Source of the DNA: Sphingomonadales bacterium UBA7473
Lineage (GTDB): Bacteria; Pseudomonadota; Alphaproteobacteria; Sphingomonadales; Sphingomonadaceae
NCBI GenBank assembly: GCA_002478575.1
Contig: DLOX01000003.1
Span: 4,261 to 51,036, forward strand
DNA: 46,776 nucleotides
Direction: 5' to 3'
The position numbers were made by a program, and so were the translations under genes. Under the pieces are notes generated by a model. The model was not told the DNA's origin and searched no databases. It saw only the letters and a list, made by a program, of their open reading frames with translations. Positions 8,426 through 18,572 of this stretch are shown in pieces. The stretch's first letter is position 1. The number at the start of each line of letters is the position of its first letter.

Positions 8426-10465
8426 ATGGCGCGTCGACCCACTCCTTCCCGCAAGGGCAGCAAGCCCGAGAAGAAACTTGGCTGGTTTGGAAAGCTGTTC
8501 CGAATTGGGCTGGTCGTGGCGCTTTTGGGCATGATTGGCGTCGCAGCAGCGGTTGGCATGGCCTACCAAGACCTGCCGAGCTACGCCGCGCTGAAAAAGT
8601 CCCCCAATGGCCAGATGATCCGCGTGCGGGCGAATGATGGCACCGTCATCGTCTCCATGGGCCCCGTTTATGGCGAATGGATCGGCTATGGCGATATCCC
8701 CGATGATATGGTCAATGCCATGGTCGCGGTGGAGGATCGCCGCTATCGATCCCATATTGGCGTGGACCCGATTGGCATCGCGCGATCCTTCAAGGTCCGG
8801 TTTGAGCGGGGCCGCTTCGTACAAGGCGGCTCAACCATCACACAGCAGCTCGCTCGCAATCTCTTCCTCACCAATGATCGCACTTGGAACCGCAAGCTGC
8901 GCGAAATGCTGCTTGCGATGGCGCTTGAAGCGAAATTTTCGAAAGATGAAATCCTCGAGCTTTACCTCAACCGCGTCTATTTTGGTGGTGGAGCATATGG
9001 GATTGATGCCGCGTCGCGGAAGTTCTTTGGCCATCCAGCCACCAAGCTGAGCTTGGCTGAATCCAGCATCATTGCAGGCCTCGTGAAGGCGCCTTCCAAC
9101 TATTCGCCGACAGCTGATGCTAAAGCCGCGATTGGCCGGGCGGGGGTTGTGCTGGCGACGATGGTCGACACGGGCGTTTTGACCCCCGGCGAGGCCGCAA
9201 AAGTTGATCCCGCCGCTGTGAAGCTCGCACCTGAAGAGAAGCAGAATAGCGTCCGGTATTTCACCGATTGGGCGCTGCCGCAGCTTGATCTGCTGATCAC
9301 CGAAACCGAAGCGCCGATTGATGTGTGGACGACGCTTGATCTGACCATGCAAAAGGCTGGCGACAATGCCATTCGCGCTAATGTGCCAAAGGGTGCTCAA
9401 GGGGCGCTCGTTGCCCTCGACCGCGATGGTGCAGTCCGTGCGATGGTCGGCGGCACGGACTATGTAAGCTCCATCTATAACCGCGCGACACAAGCGGTGC
9501 GCCAGCCGGGATCCGCCTTCAAGCTGTTCGTTTATCTGGCAGCGCTTGAGACTGGCTACACAACCGATACCAAGATGGTAGATGAGGAAATTGACATCAA
9601 CGGCTGGAAACCCCGCAATTCAAGCGGACGGTTCAGCGGCGAAGTCGATTTGCGGACGGCGTTCACTTACTCCCTTAACACCATCGCGGCCAAGATTGGC
9701 GAAGATGTCGGCACATCAGCCATTGCGGAAATGGCGCGGCGCTTTGGCATTTCCACGCCTGTAAACACCATGCCATCGATGGTGCTGGGCACATCTGACA
9801 CGCGATTGATTGATTTGACCCGCGCTTATGCGGCAGTGGCGGCCAAGGGCGTCGCTGTGCAGCCATATGGCATCACCAAAGTCACGAGCGAAGGCGGGCG
9901 GGTGCTTTATCAGTATAAAGCCCAAGAGCCGCGCATCTTGGTCGAGCCTTATGTTGCAGCTGGAATGACCGATTTGCTCCAAACCGCAGTCAATGCAGGC
10001 ACCGGCAAAGCTGCGCAGATTGGCCGACCTGTCGCGGGCAAGACAGGAACCACCTCGTCCAACAAAGATGGCTGGTTCATGGGCTTTTCCAGCGGAATCA
10101 CGACGGGCGTCTGGATGGGCCGCGATGATGCGCGTGCGGTTCGCGATCTGCAAGGTGGCCGGGCTCCTGCCCGCGCCTTTGCCGCGTTCATGCGCGTCGC
10201 TGTTGCCAAACGCCCCATTGAGCAATTTGATACCAAAGTGACCTTACCCGAATGGCAGTTGGATACTGAAGAAGAAGCTTATTTCGGTGATCCCGATGAG
10301 GGCCAGTTTGTTGATGAAAATGGCAATCCTGTGGAGGGCTATGAGCCCGTGGATCGCCCTGCCCCAGCCCCTGCTGATCCAGCGCCGTCGCAATCGATGG
10401 ATGATCAGTTCTTGGACGAAGCCCTTGGACGGGATGGCGTTCCGCCGGCCGGGGTACCGCGCTAG
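8426..10465 (+). CDS. Class A penicillin-binding protein (PBP1A family)
   Basis: EDRRY and GGSTITQQLAR transglycosylase motifs; SAFK, SLN, KTGT transpeptidase motifs. Confidence 0.94.
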   Translation: MARRPTPSRKGSKPEKKLGWFGKLFRIGLVVALLGMIGVAAAVGMAYQDLPSYAALKKSPNGQMIRVRANDGTVIVSMGPVYGEWIGYGDIPDDMVNAMVAVEDRRYRSHIGVDPIGIARSFKVRFERGRFVQGGSTITQQLARNLFLTNDRTWNRKLREMLLAMALEAKFSKDEILELYLNRVYFGGGAYGIDAASRKFFGHPATKLSLAESSIIAGLVKAPSNYSPTADAKAAIGRAGVVLATMVDTGVLTPGEAAKVDPAAVKLAPEEKQNSVRYFTDWALPQLDLLITETEAPIDVWTTLDLTMQKAGDNAIRANVPKGAQGALVALDRDGAVRAMVGGTDYVSSIYNRATQAVRQPGSAFKLFVYLAALETGYTTDTKMVDEEIDINGWKPRNSSGRFSGEVDLRTAFTYSLNTIAAKIGEDVGTSAIAEMARRFGISTPVNTMPSMVLGTSDTRLIDLTRAYAAVAAKGVAVQPYGITKVTSEGGRVLYQYKAQEPRILVEPYVAAGMTDLLQTAVNAGTGKAAQIGRPVAGKTGTTSSNKDGWFMGFSSGITTGVWMGRDDARAVRDLQGGRAPARAFAAFMRVAVAKRPIEQFDTKVTLPEWQLDTEEEAYFGDPDEGQFVDENGNPVEGYEPVDRPAPAPADPAPSQSMDDQFLDEALGRDGVPPAGVPR

Positions 10466-11167
10466 CTAACCCCGCCCAAACCCGTGAAGCTTTTGCCCAT
10501 GGGCCTTCAGCCAATCCCGCGCGGGCTTTGGGTCATTTCCCAGCAACTCCCGCAAAACGGCATAAAAGCGCGGGCTATGATCCATATGTTTCAGATGCGC
10601 CAATTCATGCGCGACTGTCGCCTTCAAAACAAAGTCCGGTGCAAGGATCAGCCGCCAGCTATAGCGGATCGCACCGCTGCTGGAACAACTGCCCCAACGG
10701 CTTGTCGGATCGCCCACGCCTACGCTGGTCAAGGGTAGACCATGCTCAGCCGCCATCGCTCGACTTTCCGCCTCCAAGCGTTCGAGCGCCTGCCGCTTGA
10801 GCCATCGCGTCAGGCGTCCAGGCAAAGCCTCCAATGGCCCGCCCACTCTTAGCTGATCGCCAATCCGAACAACCCGCCGAGGATAGGATTCCGCCCAATC
10901 GAGCGTCAAAGCCTCATCGCCCAAAGGTACGACCATGCCAGGCACAATCGGCGAAGGCGACGGCAGCTTCGCTAGCTGCATCTCGACCCAATCGCGCTTT
11001 TCATCGACCCACTTAAGCGCGGGCCCCAACGGCACGAAGCGCGGCAGAGTTAGCCGCACGGCGCGACCCCGCATATCCAGCCGCAGGTTCATCCGGCGCA
11101 CAGCAGCGCGCTTCACCTCCAAGGGGAAGATATGGCCACCACCCGAAAAGAGCCGCTCAGCCGTCAT
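10466..11167 (-). CDS. M48/YgjP (DUF45)-like zinc metallopeptidase-family protein
   Basis: RWGSCS, HELAH, HSPRF; start inferred at ATG 11167. Confidence 0.88.
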   Translation of the reverse strand: MTAERLFSGGGHIFPLEVKRAAVRRMNLRLDMRGRAVRLTLPRFVPLGPALKWVDEKRDWVEMQLAKLPSPSPIVPGMVVPLGDEALTLDWAESYPRRVVRIGDQLRVGGPLEALPGRLTRWLKRQALERLEAESRAMAAEHGLPLTSVGVGDPTSRWGSCSSSGAIRYSWRLILAPDFVLKATVAHELAHLKHMDHSPRFYAVLRELLGNDPKPARDWLKAHGQKLHGFGRG

Positions 11168-11591
11168 TGCGGCCCAGGATATGGTCTTCCAGTTCAACCA
11201 CATCATCCTCGGAAACTGTCCAGCCACGCACCGAATGGCCTTGGCGGTGAATCTCTTCGCGATCCCCGCAGACCAGATAATGCCAATCAGGCAGAGGCTG
11301 GCCTTCGGCGCGGAGCACATAGGAGCAAGTCGAGGGCAACCATTCGATGGTTTTGGCCAATTGTGGGGTCAGCGTCACACAATCAGGCACATGGCTATGG
11401 CGATTTCCATAATCGCGACATTGCGCTTGGCGACGATCCAGCATCCGACACGCGACATTGGTGGCGTAAAGATCGCCGGTATCTTCATCTTCCAGCTTAT
11501 GGATGCAGCATTTGCCGCAACCATCGCACAAAGCCTCCCACTGAGCGCTATCGAGCGCCTCCAGCGGAAGATCGGCCCAGAATCGATCCAC
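11157..11591 (-). CDS. YcgN family cysteine-cluster protein
   Basis: WEALCDGCGKCC, WLPSTCSY, WHYLVCG. Confidence 0.9.
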   Translation of the reverse strand: MDRFWADLPLEALDSAQWEALCDGCGKCCIHKLEDEDTGDLYATNVACRMLDRRQAQCRDYGNRHSHVPDCVTLTPQLAKTIEWLPSTCSYVLRAEGQPLPDWHYLVCGDREEIHRQGHSVRGWTVSEDDVVELEDHILGRNDG

Positions 11592-12184
11592 TATTTCACC
11601 AAGCGGGCAAGCTCTGCCGCGATTTCTTTGGGTTCGCCTTCATGCGCAATGATCGCGAGCGGTTCGCCCTTGGGCCCATAAAGAACCGCATTATTGCTGT
11701 GATTGACCAAATAGCCGCCTTGAGCGTTGGGCTTATCGCGCTCTGCATAGCTGCCATAGCGGGCAAGTACATCATCCACCTGCGCTTCGGTACCCGTCAG
11801 CCCCAACAAGCGCGGGTGAAAGGCATTTGTGAATTCGGTGAGAGCCTCTGGCGTATCGCGCTTTGGGTCGACGGTGATGAAAAGCGGCTGAATCTTGTCA
11901 GCGACGGCCTTATCATCGGCCTCCAGCGCCTTGAAGCCTTGCATCAGCCGCTGCATATCAACGGGGCAAACGTCAGGGCAAAAGGTATAGCCAAAATAGA
12001 CGAGCCGATATTGGCCCGCGAAATCCGTATCTTTGACCGGCTTTCCATTTTCGCCAACAAGCTCAAAAGCCCCGCCCATCCGCGCGCCTTGCAAGGGCGG
12101 AGACTCGTCGGACGCTGGCCCGCCACAGGCTGAAAGGGCAAGAAAAGCGGTTGCGCAAATGAGGTTAAGGCTGCGGTTCATCAT
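11591..12184 (-). CDS. SCO family copper chaperone lipoprotein
   Basis: Lipobox LSAC, FGYTFCPDVCP, VDPKRD, conserved His. Confidence 0.93.
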   Translation of the reverse strand: MMNRSLNLICATAFLALSACGGPASDESPPLQGARMGGAFELVGENGKPVKDTDFAGQYRLVYFGYTFCPDVCPVDMQRLMQGFKALEADDKAVADKIQPLFITVDPKRDTPEALTEFTNAFHPRLLGLTGTEAQVDDVLARYGSYAERDKPNAQGGYLVNHSNNAVLYGPKGEPLAIIAHEGEPKEIAAELARLVK

Positions 12185-12253
12185 GGCGCCAGCCTTGCTT
12201 TGCTAGGCCCAACTGCGCAAGAGGCTTTTCGCGCCTTTAACAGGGATAGACCT

Positions 12254-12856
12254 ATGACGATTCGATCCGCCTTGGCCATGGCTCTGGCCACCGCCTTTTT
12301 GGCAAGCAGCCCAGCCGCTGCCCAGTTTTCAGACAGCTATAATTTTCTGAAGGCGATCAAGGATCGACGGACTGAAGCCAAAAAGGCGATGGAGCTGATG
12401 TCTAAGCCCGGCACTGTGATCATCGATACGCGCGATATCACGAGCGGAGAAACGGCGCTTCATATCGTCACCCGTGACCGGGACCTTGAGTGGATCAATT
12501 TCCTTCTGGCACGCGGCGCAAAGCCGGATATGCGCGATTCGAAAGGCGAGACGCCTTTGATGCTTGCCGCACGGACTCGCTTTCCGGAAGCGGCAAACTC
12601 TTTGATCCGCCGTCGTGCGCAGGTCGATTTGGCGAATAGTGGCGGAGAAACGCCGCTGATCATTGCTGTGCAATTGCGAGATCCGACCATGACGCGGCTG
12701 TTGCTGAATGCTGGGGCCAATCCGGACAAGAAGGATAATCTGGCTGGGCTTTCCGCCCGCGACTATGCCAAGCGCGACGCAAGGGCAGCAGCGATCTTGA
12801 AGATCATTGAAGAGCCGCGGACCAAGCCAGCCGCAGTGTCGGGGCCGAAGCTCTAG
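12254..12856 (+). CDS. Secreted ankyrin-repeat protein
   Basis: Signal peptide; GETALH, GETPLM, GETPLI repeats. Confidence 0.88.
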   Translation: MTIRSALAMALATAFLASSPAAAQFSDSYNFLKAIKDRRTEAKKAMELMSKPGTVIIDTRDITSGETALHIVTRDRDLEWINFLLARGAKPDMRDSKGETPLMLAARTRFPEAANSLIRRRAQVDLANSGGETPLIIAVQLRDPTMTRLLLNAGANPDKKDNLAGLSARDYAKRDARAAAILKIIEEPRTKPAAVSGPKL

Positions 12857-12875
12857 AATTCCTGCACACAGAACG

Positions 12876-12972
12876 GTCACCCCGGACTTGATCCGGGGTC
12901 CATGCCTCTCTGCTTAGTCCTGCTCTCTGGCTGGGAAGCGAGGCATAGATTCCGGGTCAAGCCCGGAATGAC
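12876..12972. repeat. CGTC-type palindromic repeat, family A copy 2
   Basis: Same arms and 97-bp core length as 52..148; lies between convergent genes. Confidence 0.9.
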
Positions 12973-12979
12973 ACGGCGA

Positions 12980-15475
12980 CTACAAACCCCTCAGAGCTTC
13001 GGCAGGCCTTGCGGCCAACGCCGGAAGCGCGCCGATCAGGCCCAGCGCCAAGGTGCCAAGGCCGCCAGCCGCAACGGTGCCAATGACAATCGGCCAATCT
13101 GGCGTCCAATCCAGATCGAACACTTGCGTCACCACAACCCAGCCGGATGCTGCGCCAATCGCTAACGCGAGAAGCGAGAGGATGAGCGCCAAGGCGCTAT
13201 ATTCCAAAGCCTGAGCACCGAGAACCTGCGCCCTTGTGCCGCCCAATAGCTTCAAAAGCACGGCATCATAGCTGCGCGACCGGCGAGAGGCCGCGATTGC
13301 GCCGACAAGAACCGCGATCCCCGCGAGAACGGCCACTGAAGCTGCGATGCCCACGGCAGTTCCAAGCTGCGTCAGCAAGTCGCCGACTTGAGTGATCACA
13401 TCCTTCACCTTGATCATTGATACGGATGGATAGCCTTTGGTGACCACACCTGAGATGCTTGCCTCTTTGGCTTCGTCTGCTGCGATTGTGGCTGCCAAAG
13501 TATAAGGTGCTGCATCCAAACTGCCCGGCGAAAAGACCAAGACGAAGTTGAACCCCAACGTGTCCCAGTTAATCTCGCGGAACGAGGCAATCTCTGCCTC
13601 CATCTCAACGCCGAGGACCGAGATGGTCAGCTTATCGCCCACTTTTAGGCCAACCGCATTGGCGGCGCGTTCATCAATGGAAACCAGCGGCGGCCCCGCA
13701 TAGTCGGAAGGCCACCATTTGCCCGCTGTGATCCGGCTGCCTTGGGGCAAGTCCTTTGCAAAGGTCAGACCGCGATCCCCGCGCAGGAACCAAGCCTCTG
13801 GCGGCAAATTCTTCATCTCACTGACGCGCTGATCGCGAATCGCGACCACAGGCCCACGCAGAGTCGGCACCGTAATAATCTCGGCCTTGGGGGCTTGCGC
13901 CAAAATGGCGGAGCGGAAGGTGGCTTCTTCATCCTTTGGAATATCCAAAGCGAAAAAGCTTGGGGCGCGTTTCGGGATGGTGCGTTCAATTTGGCCCGCA
14001 AGGCTGGTCTGGGTGAAGGCAAGCGTCGCAAATAGAGTCAGCCCCAAGCCCAGCGCCACAACCAAACGGCTCGTCTGCGCACCGGGACGATGAAGATTGG
14101 CCAAGGCCAACCGCATCAAAGGCGTTTTTGGGCGGGGAAGGGCAGCCGCTGTCCGTCGGATCAACACGCCCAATCCCGCTAGCAACGCCAGCAGCCCGGC
14201 CACACAGAGCACGAAAAGTGCTGCAAATTGCGGTTCTTTCGCGGTGCCAATCGCAAGGCCAATGATAGTCAGCGATATCCCCGCCATAGCAACCAAAACG
14301 GCGTTGGTTGGCCGAGACGCACCTTCGACGCCGGTCCGAAAAAGGGTCGCAGGCGTAACGCCTCTTGCTCGTGCCAGCGGCGCAAGCGAGAAGAGCAAAG
14401 CGATCAAAAGGCCATATACTGTCGCGATGATGAGCGGCAGCGGATAGATGTCGAGGCGGGGAGAGACGGGCAAAGCATCACCCGCGAGCGTTGCAATCAA
14501 CCAAGGCACCAACGCACCAACCGCCAGCCCCAGCACAGTCGCAAAGGCAGCGACCACGATGATCTGGATCAAATAGGTGCGGAAAATCGTCGCGGAGGAC
14601 GCGCCAAGAACCTTCAATGTCGCGATGCTGCTGCGTTTGCCTTCAAGCCAACTCGCCACACCGTTGCCGACACCAATCCCGGCAACGACCAAAGCCGTCA
14701 GACCGACCAGCGCCAAAAACTGCCCCAGCCGTTCGATGAAACGCCGCGTTCCCGGCGCGCCATTGGTGCGGTCTTGCACTTCCCAACCGGTTTCCGGGAA
14801 TTGCGCGGCCAATTGCGTGGCAGCAGTGCCGGGATCGACGCCCGGAAGCGTCTTGATCCGATATTTTGAGGTATAAAGGCTGCCGGGTTGGACCAAACCC
14901 GTCGCGGTTAGCCCCGCCATATCAACCAGCGCGACTGGCCCCAAAGTGAAGCCTTCGCCGACCCGATCAGGCTCATCGGCGATAAAGCCGATGATTTTGA
15001 GATTGGCGTCGCCAATCCTCACATTATCGCCAATCTTCACACCCAATTTCTCGCCCAAGGCCGGTGCAACGGCAACTGAATTGCCATTGGGCCGATCCGT
15101 CAGAGCACCAGGCGCAAGCTTCAGCTCACCATAAAGCGGATAGGCAATGTCGACGCCTTTGAGTTCCGCCAAGATCGAGCGTTCGCCGTCAGCTGTGGCC
15201 GCCATTGCTCGCATGCGCACCGTCTCAGAAATCAGCCCCACCCGCGCAAAGGCCGCCTTTTCCTCTTCGGTCGCGGTGCGTTGGGCGGTTTCCATCTCAA
15301 TATCACCGCCAAGGATCACTTGGCCGCGCGCCGAAAGCTCACCCAGGATCGCGCTCGACAAGCTGCCAATACCGGCCAGCGTCGCCACGCCCAAGAAGAG
15401 GCAAATGGCGAGCAAGCGCAGCCCCGCCTTTGACCCCCGCAAATCGCGGAGCGCAAGCGCCAAGGCCTGTTTCAC
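12980..15475 (-). CDS. FtsX/MacB-like ABC permease, YbbP family
   Basis: 831 aa with duplicated permease halves, GGD motif, IATLKVLG/LLKLLGG. Confidence 0.88.
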   Translation of the reverse strand: MKQALALALRDLRGSKAGLRLLAICLFLGVATLAGIGSLSSAILGELSARGQVILGGDIEMETAQRTATEEEKAAFARVGLISETVRMRAMAATADGERSILAELKGVDIAYPLYGELKLAPGALTDRPNGNSVAVAPALGEKLGVKIGDNVRIGDANLKIIGFIADEPDRVGEGFTLGPVALVDMAGLTATGLVQPGSLYTSKYRIKTLPGVDPGTAATQLAAQFPETGWEVQDRTNGAPGTRRFIERLGQFLALVGLTALVVAGIGVGNGVASWLEGKRSSIATLKVLGASSATIFRTYLIQIIVVAAFATVLGLAVGALVPWLIATLAGDALPVSPRLDIYPLPLIIATVYGLLIALLFSLAPLARARGVTPATLFRTGVEGASRPTNAVLVAMAGISLTIIGLAIGTAKEPQFAALFVLCVAGLLALLAGLGVLIRRTAAALPRPKTPLMRLALANLHRPGAQTSRLVVALGLGLTLFATLAFTQTSLAGQIERTIPKRAPSFFALDIPKDEEATFRSAILAQAPKAEIITVPTLRGPVVAIRDQRVSEMKNLPPEAWFLRGDRGLTFAKDLPQGSRITAGKWWPSDYAGPPLVSIDERAANAVGLKVGDKLTISVLGVEMEAEIASFREINWDTLGFNFVLVFSPGSLDAAPYTLAATIAADEAKEASISGVVTKGYPSVSMIKVKDVITQVGDLLTQLGTAVGIAASVAVLAGIAVLVGAIAASRRSRSYDAVLLKLLGGTRAQVLGAQALEYSALALILSLLALAIGAASGWVVVTQVFDLDWTPDWPIVIGTVAAGGLGTLALGLIGALPALAARPAEALRGL

Positions 15476-16164
15476 GATTTCACCTCATCAGAGACAATCA
15501 CACCATCGCGCATCGTCACTACTCGTCGGCATCGTGTCGCCAAGCTTGGGTCATGGGTGATGATGAACAGCGTCGCGCCGGTTTCCGCTTGCCGCGCAAA
15601 GAGCATGTCCATGATCACTTCGCCCGTGGTTGCATCCAAATTGCCGGTGGGTTCATCGGCAAAGAGGATGTCCGGCCGAGGGGCAAGCGCACGGGCAATG
15701 GCCACACGCTGCTGTTCACCTCCGGACAGTTGCACCGGATAATGGCCAGTGCGCTCCCCAAGGCCAACAGTCGCCAGCTCTTCTTTCGCCTTGGCAAAAG
15801 CTTCCGCGTCCCCAGCCAGTTCCATCGGCACAGCGACATTTTCGAGCGCCGTCATGGTCGGGAGCAAATGGAAAGCCTGCAAGATGATCCCAATCCGCCC
15901 GCGCCGTGCCAAGGCCAGTTCATCTTCGTTCAATCGACCGAAATCCGCGCCACCAATCTCTATCGAGCCACCGCTGGCTCGCTCCAACCCAGCCAAAACC
16001 GCCATCAAGGATGATTTTCCAGAACCCGAAGCCCCAAGCAGCGCCACCGTTTCACCTTTGGCGACGGACAAGTCGATCCCGCGCAAAATTTCGACCCGCG
16101 CATCTTTTTCCCCCAAGGTCAGGGTGACATTGCGGGCATTCATCACGATATGAGTATCAGTCAT
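15472..16164 (-). CDS. ABC transporter ATP-binding protein, YbbA family
   Basis: GASGSGKS, LSGGEQQRV, DEPTGNLD. Confidence 0.93.
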   Translation of the reverse strand: MTDTHIVMNARNVTLTLGEKDARVEILRGIDLSVAKGETVALLGASGSGKSSLMAVLAGLERASGGSIEIGGADFGRLNEDELALARRGRIGIILQAFHLLPTMTALENVAVPMELAGDAEAFAKAKEELATVGLGERTGHYPVQLSGGEQQRVAIARALAPRPDILFADEPTGNLDATTGEVIMDMLFARQAETGATLFIITHDPSLATRCRRVVTMRDGVIVSDEVKS

Positions 16165-16184
16165 TGAAAAAAGGACGCTTTCGG

Positions 16185-16856
16185 ATGGTCAGCTCGCCCA
16201 GGATCAGGCGCTTTGCGGCATATGGGGTTTGGATCGCACTTATCCAAGCCATTGCGCTCATCTTTGCAACCCCGGCTTTGGCCCAAGGGAGCAAACCGCG
16301 CGAGAAACTGGTCTTGGCCTTTGGCGATAGTTTGATGGCCGGATATGGCCTGAAACCCAATGAGAGCTTTCCTGCACAACTGCAGGGCGCCTTACGGGCA
16401 GGCGGCATCCCGGCACGGGTTCATAATGGGGGCGTGTCTGGCGATACGACAGCAGCGGGCAAGGCGCGGCTCAACTTCGTGCTGGCGGGATTGAAGGCAA
16501 AGCCTGATCTGGTGATCCTGGAACTGGGCGCCAATGATATGCTCCGCGGTATTCAACCGGCACAAACCCGGGCCAATTTGGAAGCGATGATCGTTGAGCT
16601 GAAGCGCCGGAAAATCCCGGTTCTGCTTGCCGGAATGCTGGCCTCCCCCAATCTTGGCAAGGCCTATGCCGCGCAATTCAATCCCATCTATCCCGCCTTG
16701 GCGAAGAAACATGGGCTGAAGCTCTATCCCTTCTTCATGCAAGGGGTTGCGGCCAACCGGTCCCTGCTGATCGCGGATCAAATGCATCCCAATGGCAAGG
16801 GGGTCGCGGTCGTCGTGCGGGGGATTTATCCGCAAGTGGCGGCGATGTTGCGGTAG
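16185..16856 (+). CDS. SGNH/GDSL arylesterase (TesA-like)
   Basis: FGDSL, GVSGDTT, LGAND, DQMHPN; divergent from ybbA as in E. coli; start uncertain. Confidence 0.9.
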   Translation: MVSSPRIRRFAAYGVWIALIQAIALIFATPALAQGSKPREKLVLAFGDSLMAGYGLKPNESFPAQLQGALRAGGIPARVHNGGVSGDTTAAGKARLNFVLAGLKAKPDLVILELGANDMLRGIQPAQTRANLEAMIVELKRRKIPVLLAGMLASPNLGKAYAAQFNPIYPALAKKHGLKLYPFFMQGVAANRSLLIADQMHPNGKGVAVVVRGIYPQVAAMLR

Positions 16857-16866
16857 CAAGTTACCA

Positions 16867-16963
16867 TGTCACCCTGAACTTGTTTCAGGGTCCAAGGCTG
16901 GGCCAAATTCTGCAATTGAAGGAGAGGCTGACAAGTGGATGCTGAAACAAGTTCAGCATGACG
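16867..16963. repeat. CGTC-type palindromic repeat, variant family B
   Basis: GTCACCCTGAACTTGTTTCAGGGTCCA...TGGATGCTGAAACAAGTTCAGCATGACG between convergent genes. Confidence 0.85.
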
Positions 16964-16972
16964 AAAGCAGCC

Positions 16973-17338
16973 TCAAGCCTTTTCCAACGTGCATTGCAGC
17001 GGATGCTGATTCTTCCGCGCATATTCGATGACTTGCGTCACCTTGGTTTCCGCCACTTCATAAGTGAAAATGCCGCAGACGCCGACGCCTTTTTGATGGA
17101 CATGCAACATCACGCGCGTGGCGTCTTCAAGGCTCATCTTGAAAATGCTTTGGAGCACATGAACGACGAATTCCATCGGGGTATAGTCATCATTCAGCAT
17201 CAACACCTTATAGGGCGTTGGCTTTTTGGTCTTTGATCGGGTTTTGGTAACAACGCCTGTATCCCCATCACGACCGCCACCGCGATCATCATCACGGTCG
17301 CCATCTTCGGCCATCATTAAAGGGGGCTGGAGTTCCAT
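16973..17338 (-). CDS. clpS: ATP-dependent Clp protease adaptor
   Basis: [27 protein letters not shown]. Confidence 0.96.
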   Translation of the reverse strand: MELQPPLMMAEDGDRDDDRGGGRDGDTGVVTKTRSKTKKPTPYKVLMLNDDYTPMEFVVHVLQSIFKMSLEDATRVMLHVHQKGVGVCGIFTYEVAETKVTQVIEYARKNQHPLQCTLEKA

Positions 17339-17441
17339 TCCGACTCATATCGCATAAGGCTGGGCGGTGAGGCAAGACCCTCTCACTACCGGAAATCGTC
17401 CCAGCAATTGACGATTTGGACGACTCGCGGCAAGAGCGGCC

Positions 17442-18098
17442 ATGGCCGAACAGACTCCTCATATTGCCGACCGATTTGAACGGCGCGGAATCCTTTTCAT
17501 CGTTTCCTCGCCGTCAGGCGCTGGAAAATCGACAATTGCCCGCAAGCTGCTTGAGGCTGAGCCTGAGCTTGAAATGTCTGTGTCAGCGACGACACGCGAT
17601 CCCCGCCCTGGCGAAGTGGATGGCAAAGATTATCATTTCGTCAGTCTTGATCGATTCCGCGAAATTGTGGCCGCCAATGATTTCCTCGAATGGGCGCATG
17701 TCTTTGGCCATCGCTACGGCACGCCCAAAGCGCCGGTTGATCAGGCTTTGTCCGAAGGGCGCGATGTGCTGTTCGACATTGACTGGCAGGGCGCGCAGCA
17801 GCTGTATCAACAAGCAGGCGGCGACGTCGTGCGGATCTTCATCTTTCCGCCCTCAATGAGCGAGCTGGAACGTCGGCTTCGTGCGCGGCGGACGGACAGC
17901 GATGAAGTGATCGCGGGCCGCATGGCGCGGGCTGCCGGCGAAATTAGCCACTGGGATGGCTATGATTATGTGCTGGTGAATGATGATGTGGAGGCCTGTT
18001 TCAACCATGTCCGCACCATCTTGCACGCCGAACGGCTGAAGCGCAGCCGCCAGACGCGGTTGATTGGCTTTGTGCGGAGCTTGATCAAGGGGGGCTAA
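17442..18098 (+). CDS. gmk: Guanylate kinase
   Basis: SPSGAGKS, SVSATTRDPRPGEVDGKDYHF, YGT. Confidence 0.97.
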   Translation: MAEQTPHIADRFERRGILFIVSSPSGAGKSTIARKLLEAEPELEMSVSATTRDPRPGEVDGKDYHFVSLDRFREIVAANDFLEWAHVFGHRYGTPKAPVDQALSEGRDVLFDIDWQGAQQLYQQAGGDVVRIFIFPPSMSELERRLRARRTDSDEVIAGRMARAAGEISHWDGYDYVLVNDDVEACFNHVRTILHAERLKRSRQTRLIGFVRSLIKGG

Positions 18099-18547
18099 GC
18101 CTCATCCTCCCCAAACATCAGCCGCCGAGACGCGCGCCTTGCGAATTTCAGCGTTTCGGCCTTTCGCCGTGCGGCAGCCAGCGGATGATCAACCGCTTCG
18201 CGGAGCATCACCGCATCATAACGGTCTGCCACGATCAGCCCTGCTCGATCGGGCATAAGCTCTGGTCGATCAAAAAGCGTCAGATCAAAGCCCTGCGGCA
18301 CCGCCCAGAAATATCGATCACAATAGTCGAGGTAATCGGGCCATTTCCCATCACCCAGCAAATCGGCGCGGGAGACTTTAATCTCTACAATCGTGATGCT
18401 GCCTTTGGGGCAGAGCGCCATCAGGTCTGCACGGCGATTGTTGCCAAGGGGAACCTCTGCCATGGCCATCCAATCATGGCGCAGCATCAGCCGCGCGGTG
18501 CCCCGCACGACATCAGCTGCAATGAGTGGATCACTATCCCCGGCCAT
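18095..18547 (-). CDS. mmcB: MmcB family DNA-repair protein
   Basis: EVPLGNNRRAD, IVEIKVSRADLLGDGKW, YCDRYFWAV; start uncertain. Confidence 0.85.
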   Translation of the reverse strand: MAGDSDPLIAADVVRGTARLMLRHDWMAMAEVPLGNNRRADLMALCPKGSITIVEIKVSRADLLGDGKWPDYLDYCDRYFWAVPQGFDLTLFDRPELMPDRAGLIVADRYDAVMLREAVDHPLAAARRKAETLKFARRASRRLMFGEDEA

Positions 18548-18572
18548 AGAGACCGGAGTTAGCGCATCGCGA

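Noticed and set aside
11132-12133. 333-aa plus-strand ORF and similar long antisense ORFs (e.g. 32170..33075, 26709..27371)
   Set aside because: Shadow ORFs opposite well-supported genes in GC-rich DNA; no motifs
51-12972. Repeats as a CRISPR array
   Set aside because: Dispersed inverted pairs, not tandem direct repeats with spacers; no cas genes
16973-17338. clpS without adjacent clpA
   Set aside because: Separation of these genes is not unusual; no sign of truncation
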